From Mobula hypostoma (taxonomy: Eukaryota): a stretch of 64,000 nt of DNA. This document shows, in pieces, positions 62,853 to 64,000 of this stretch. A program made the position numbers and the translations under genes. A model generated the notes under the pieces. That model did not search any database, was not told where the DNA came from, and saw nothing but the letters and a program-made list of their open reading frames with translations. Position 1 is the stretch's first letter. Every line of letters starts with the position of its first letter. The stretch spans positions 20,152,001 to 20,216,000 of the forward strand of contig NC_086118.1 in NCBI RefSeq assembly GCF_963921235.1, written 5' to 3'.

Positions 62853-63781
62853 ATGATGAAGGTAGAGCCGTAGATGTAGTGTATACAGATTTTAGCAAGG
62901 TATTTGATAAGGTACCCTATGCAAGGCTTATTGAGAAAGTAAGGAGGAATGGGATCCAAGGGAACATTGCTTTGTGGATCCAGAACTGGCTTGTCCACAG
63001 AAGGCAAAGAGTGGTTGTAGATGGGCCATACTCTGCATGGAAGCTGGTGACCAGTGGTGTGCCTCCTGGATCTGTTCTGGGACCCCTATTCTTTGTGATT
63101 TTTATAAATGACCTGGATGAGGAAGTGGAAGGATGGGTTAGTAAATTTGCTGATGACACAAAGTTTAGAAGTGCTGTGGATAGTGTGGATGGTTGTCAGA
63201 GGTTACAACGGGACATTGATAGGATGCAAAACTGGGCTGGGAAGTGGCAGATGGAGTTCAACCCAGATAAGTGTGAGGTGGTTCATTTTAGTAGGTCAGT
63301 TATGATGGCAGAATATAGCTTTAATGGCAAGACTCTCGGCAGTGTGGAGCATCAGAGGGATCTTGGGGTCCTAGTCCATAGGACACTCAAAGCTGCTATG
63401 CAGGTTAACTCTATGGTTAAGAAGACATACGATGCATTGGCCTTCATCAATCGTGGGATTGAGTTTAAGAGCCGAGAGGTAATGTTGCAGCTATATAGGA
63501 CCCTGGTCAGACCCCACTTGGAGTACTGTGCTCAATTCTGGTCGCCACACTATAGGAAGGATGTGGAAACCATAGAAAGGGTGCAGGGGAGATCTACGAG
63601 GATATTGCCTGGATTGGGGAGCATGCCTTATGAGAATAGGTTGAGTGAACTCAGCCTTTCCTCCTTGGAGAAATGGAGGATGAGAGGTGACCTGATAGAG
63701 ATGTATAAGATAATGAGAGGCATTGATCGTGTGGATAGTCAGAGGCTTTTTCCCAGGGCTGAAATGGCAAGCATGAGAGGG
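62853..63781 (+). mobile_element. CR1 RT fragment (similar to 10183-12485)
   Basis: DNA closely matches the reverse complement of ~10470-11385. Confidence 0.92.
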
Positions 63782-64000
63782 CAACACACATCAAAGTTGC
63801 TGGTGAATGCAGCAGGCCAGGCAGCATCTCTAGGAAGAGGTACAGTCAATGTTTCAGGCCGAGACCCTTCGTCAGGACTAACTGAAGGAAGAGTTAGTAA
63901 GAGATTTGAAAGTGGAAGGGGGAGGGGGAGATCCAAAATGATAGGAGAAGACAGGAGGGGGAGGGATGGAGCCAAGAGCTGGACAGGTGATTGGCAAAGG
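63782..64000 (-). mobile_element. Penelope terminal repeat with hammerhead motif (63844-63879); runs off window end
   Basis: Minus strand agtc-ctgacga-agggtctcggcct-gaaac-att-gact; matches 35915-36155. Confidence 0.9.

Overview
Transposon-dense vertebrate genomic DNA. The mix of CR1, Rex1/Babar, Penelope-like, HE1/V-SINE-like and L1/Tx1 elements suggests a cartilaginous fish, probably a ray (inference). No host protein-coding gene is recognisable; the long ORFs I can assign are retroelement or transposon remnants, often nested, many with target-site duplications (TSDs). Highlights: (i) a 2.1-kb non-autonomous Tf1/sushi-like LTR element (6967-9101) with a 162-bp internal region and a tRNA-independent self-priming signal; (ii) many Penelope-derived terminal repeats carrying a minimal type I hammerhead-ribozyme motif, including fold-back units inserted as single events; (iii) tRNA-Leu-primed Gypsy remnants, solo LTRs, Harbinger and hAT derivatives; (iv) a CpG-rich probable promoter at about 55.2-56.3 kb with candidate spliced exons on both strands. 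Boundaries without a stated TSD are approximate. Family names come from motif recognition, not database searches.
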